Origin: Azolla caroliniana
Taxonomy: Eukaryota; Plantae; Polypodiophyta
Assembly (NCBI GenBank): GCA_043228905.1
Contig: JBHGNT010000001.1
Location: forward strand, 18,290,001-18,354,000
DNA length: 64,000 bases
Reading direction: 5' to 3'
Positions within the stretch are counted from its first letter, which is position 1. Every line of letters starts with the position of its first letter. The notes beneath the pieces were generated by a model. That model had not been told where the DNA came from and did not search any database. It was given only the letters and a program-made list of their open reading frames with translations. The position numbers were made by a program, and so were the translations under genes. Shown here piece by piece: positions 61,860 to 64,000 of the stretch.

Positions 61860-64000
61860 ATGTGTTCCTAACCGGTAACACCAGATAAGGCGGAGTACGA
61901 ACCGGACCTAGAATCATTGGGGGAACTGAGTAGGGCGCATGATGTGTTTGATCGAGAAATCGAGATCTCTCGACAAGTCACAGAGACGGCCTTGGAAGAA
62001 ATTGATATAACGACTCTCGAGGCACCAACCACGGCACGACCTTTGTCCATAGCAAAGGACCTGAAGCCTACCGCAAGGTGAAGGGATTGGACCCCAAGTT
62101 TTACCAACACCAAATCAATTTGGCAACGGATGTGAAAACAGTTGATTAGCGACACTACCGTATGATCAGGTTGGGGAGTCTTCGTGGCAGATTGGGGAGT
62201 CTTTATGGCTGTCGTCCTGATGTTCGGGTTGAATACCGCCCTAACTATGTTCCAACGCATCATTGTTGAAATTTTTGGCGAGTTCATGCAAGTGTTTCTC
62301 GATGAATTTGCGGTTTATGGAACGTGAGTGGATCATTTAGGGCATTTACGACTATGCTTGGAGCGATCTCGTCAAATGTGCGTTTGGGGTCACGAGCGGA
62401 GCCCTTCTTGGGCACATAGTGAGCAAAGACGGTATCGCAGTGGATCCCGGAAAAAATAAAGCCATCGTGGAGGCTCCAACCCTATGTAATGCCAAAGCTC
62501 TAAGCCGTTTCTTGGGGCTAATTCATTGGCACACCCACATGCTCCGCTATCTGGCGGGTTTCGCTATGCCATTACACGCACTCCTTTCAAGTGGACGGCA
62601 ACAAAATATAAGGCATACTTAGCACTAAAAGTAATGCTTACATAGGCTCCACTCGTATAGCCTCCAGTCTGGACGAAGTCATTTCACGTGTTCGTGGATG
62701 CATCCGACATAGCCATTGGGAGCCCACTCATGCAGGTAACTGAGCCGAACTAGTATCGGCTAGTGCACTACTCTAGCCGCAAATTAATGGACATCGAACA
62801 TAATTACTCCACGACAGAGCGTGCAGCATTAGGAATGATACATAGCATTAACAAATTTTGGAATTATCGGGTTTCGCTATGCCATTACACATAGTGGTGC
62901 ATCGCAATCCTTTCAAGTGGATGGCAATGAAATATAAGGCATACTTAGCACTAAAAGTAATGCTTACGCAGGCTCCAGTCGTACAGCCTCCAGTCTGGAC
63001 AAAGTCATTTCATGTGTTCGTGGATGCATCCGACATAGCCATCGGGAGCACACTCATGCAGCTAACTGAGTCGAACTAGTATCAGCTAGTGTACTACTTT
63101 AGCCGCAAATTAATGGACATGGAACGTAATTACTCCACGACAGAGCTTGAAGCATTAGGAATGATATATAACGTTAACAAATTTCAGCATTACCTAGTAG
63201 GCTGAAAGTTCACCTTTCAGGTTGATCACACGTTGATGCTGGCCCGGTGGATGCTACTCTTGCATGAGTTTGAGTTCGAAATACAACACTGGTTAGGGAA
63301 CCAACCGGATCGAAAATGGTGAAGAAGCGGTTGAAGGGCACGATGACTTTCCAGATACTGGAATCCTGCGTATTTCAGCAAGTGAGGCCGAAGAAGGCAC
63401 GCACTTCTCAGACAAATGGCTAAAGGAAATGACTTATTTCTTAAGTACATGGTTGCCACCTCCACGCTTGCATACACATGAAAAGAAACATTTGGCGGTT
63501 CGAAACTGGAACTTGTGCCTGCTCGAAGGAATATTGTACCATAAGGGAAGCGACGACATCTGGGGAAGGTGTGTATGCTAGGATGAAAAGAGTATGGTAT
63601 TAAGAGAAGCTTATTGCGGAATAGCAGGGCGTCACTACGCATGGGGAGCAACCACACGAAAGATATGGCAAGGAGGACTCTAGTGGCCAATGACAGAAAA
63701 GGACACCCACACGTATTGTAAAGAATGTGACCTATGTCAGCGAATGGGCCAACCAACAAAGTTAGCATGGATGCCCCATCAACCATTGCTACCACTCGAG
63801 CCATTCCAGAAATGGAGTCTGGATTTGGTCAGACCATTTACTCCAACCGGGGCACAAATAGGTAATAAGTATATCCTAGTGGCTACAAACTAATGTACGA
63901 AATGGGTCGAAGCAAAAGCATTACAAGATAACACGGAGGCATCCATGGCAAGATTCTTATACAAGCACATTTGGTGCCAAATTGGCTGCTATATAGAGCT
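61860..64000 (+). mobile_element. pol: Degenerate gypsy pol (RT-RH-INT) with a ~315-bp tandem duplication in RNaseH; runs off the window
   Basis: MFGLNTA, VFLDEFAV, GIAVDP, FHVFVDASDIAIG twice (~62690, ~63010), CKECDLCQRMG, KWSLDLV. Confidence 0.88.

Overview
Gene-poor, eukaryotic, plant-like heterochromatic window; the element types suggest a bryophyte, which is an inference. No intact host gene is visible. Positions 1-9.3 kb hold a decayed DDD-type DNA transposase (Sola-like/DUF7869-type motifs) split by a solo LTR. Upstream of it lie a 51-bp-period palindromic array with flipped spacers and a second minisatellite. Downstream lie tandem tRNA-like (Pol III box) motifs and an 84-bp coding-like repeat. 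The rest is stacked LTR retrotransposons. They include a three-level nest (copia > chromovirus gypsy > copia, 16.5-33.2 kb) inserted into a His/Gln-rich coding-like relic, and a gypsy whose RT region is replaced by a 2-kb polypurine tract. There is also a rearranged chromovirus whose LTR begins with a tRNA-like sequence, a small gypsy with an Ala-type PBS and a 4-bp TSD, and copia/gypsy chimeric junctions. Most of the supplied short ORFs are fragments or antisense shadows of these elements. Coordinates were read by eye and no database search was possible.
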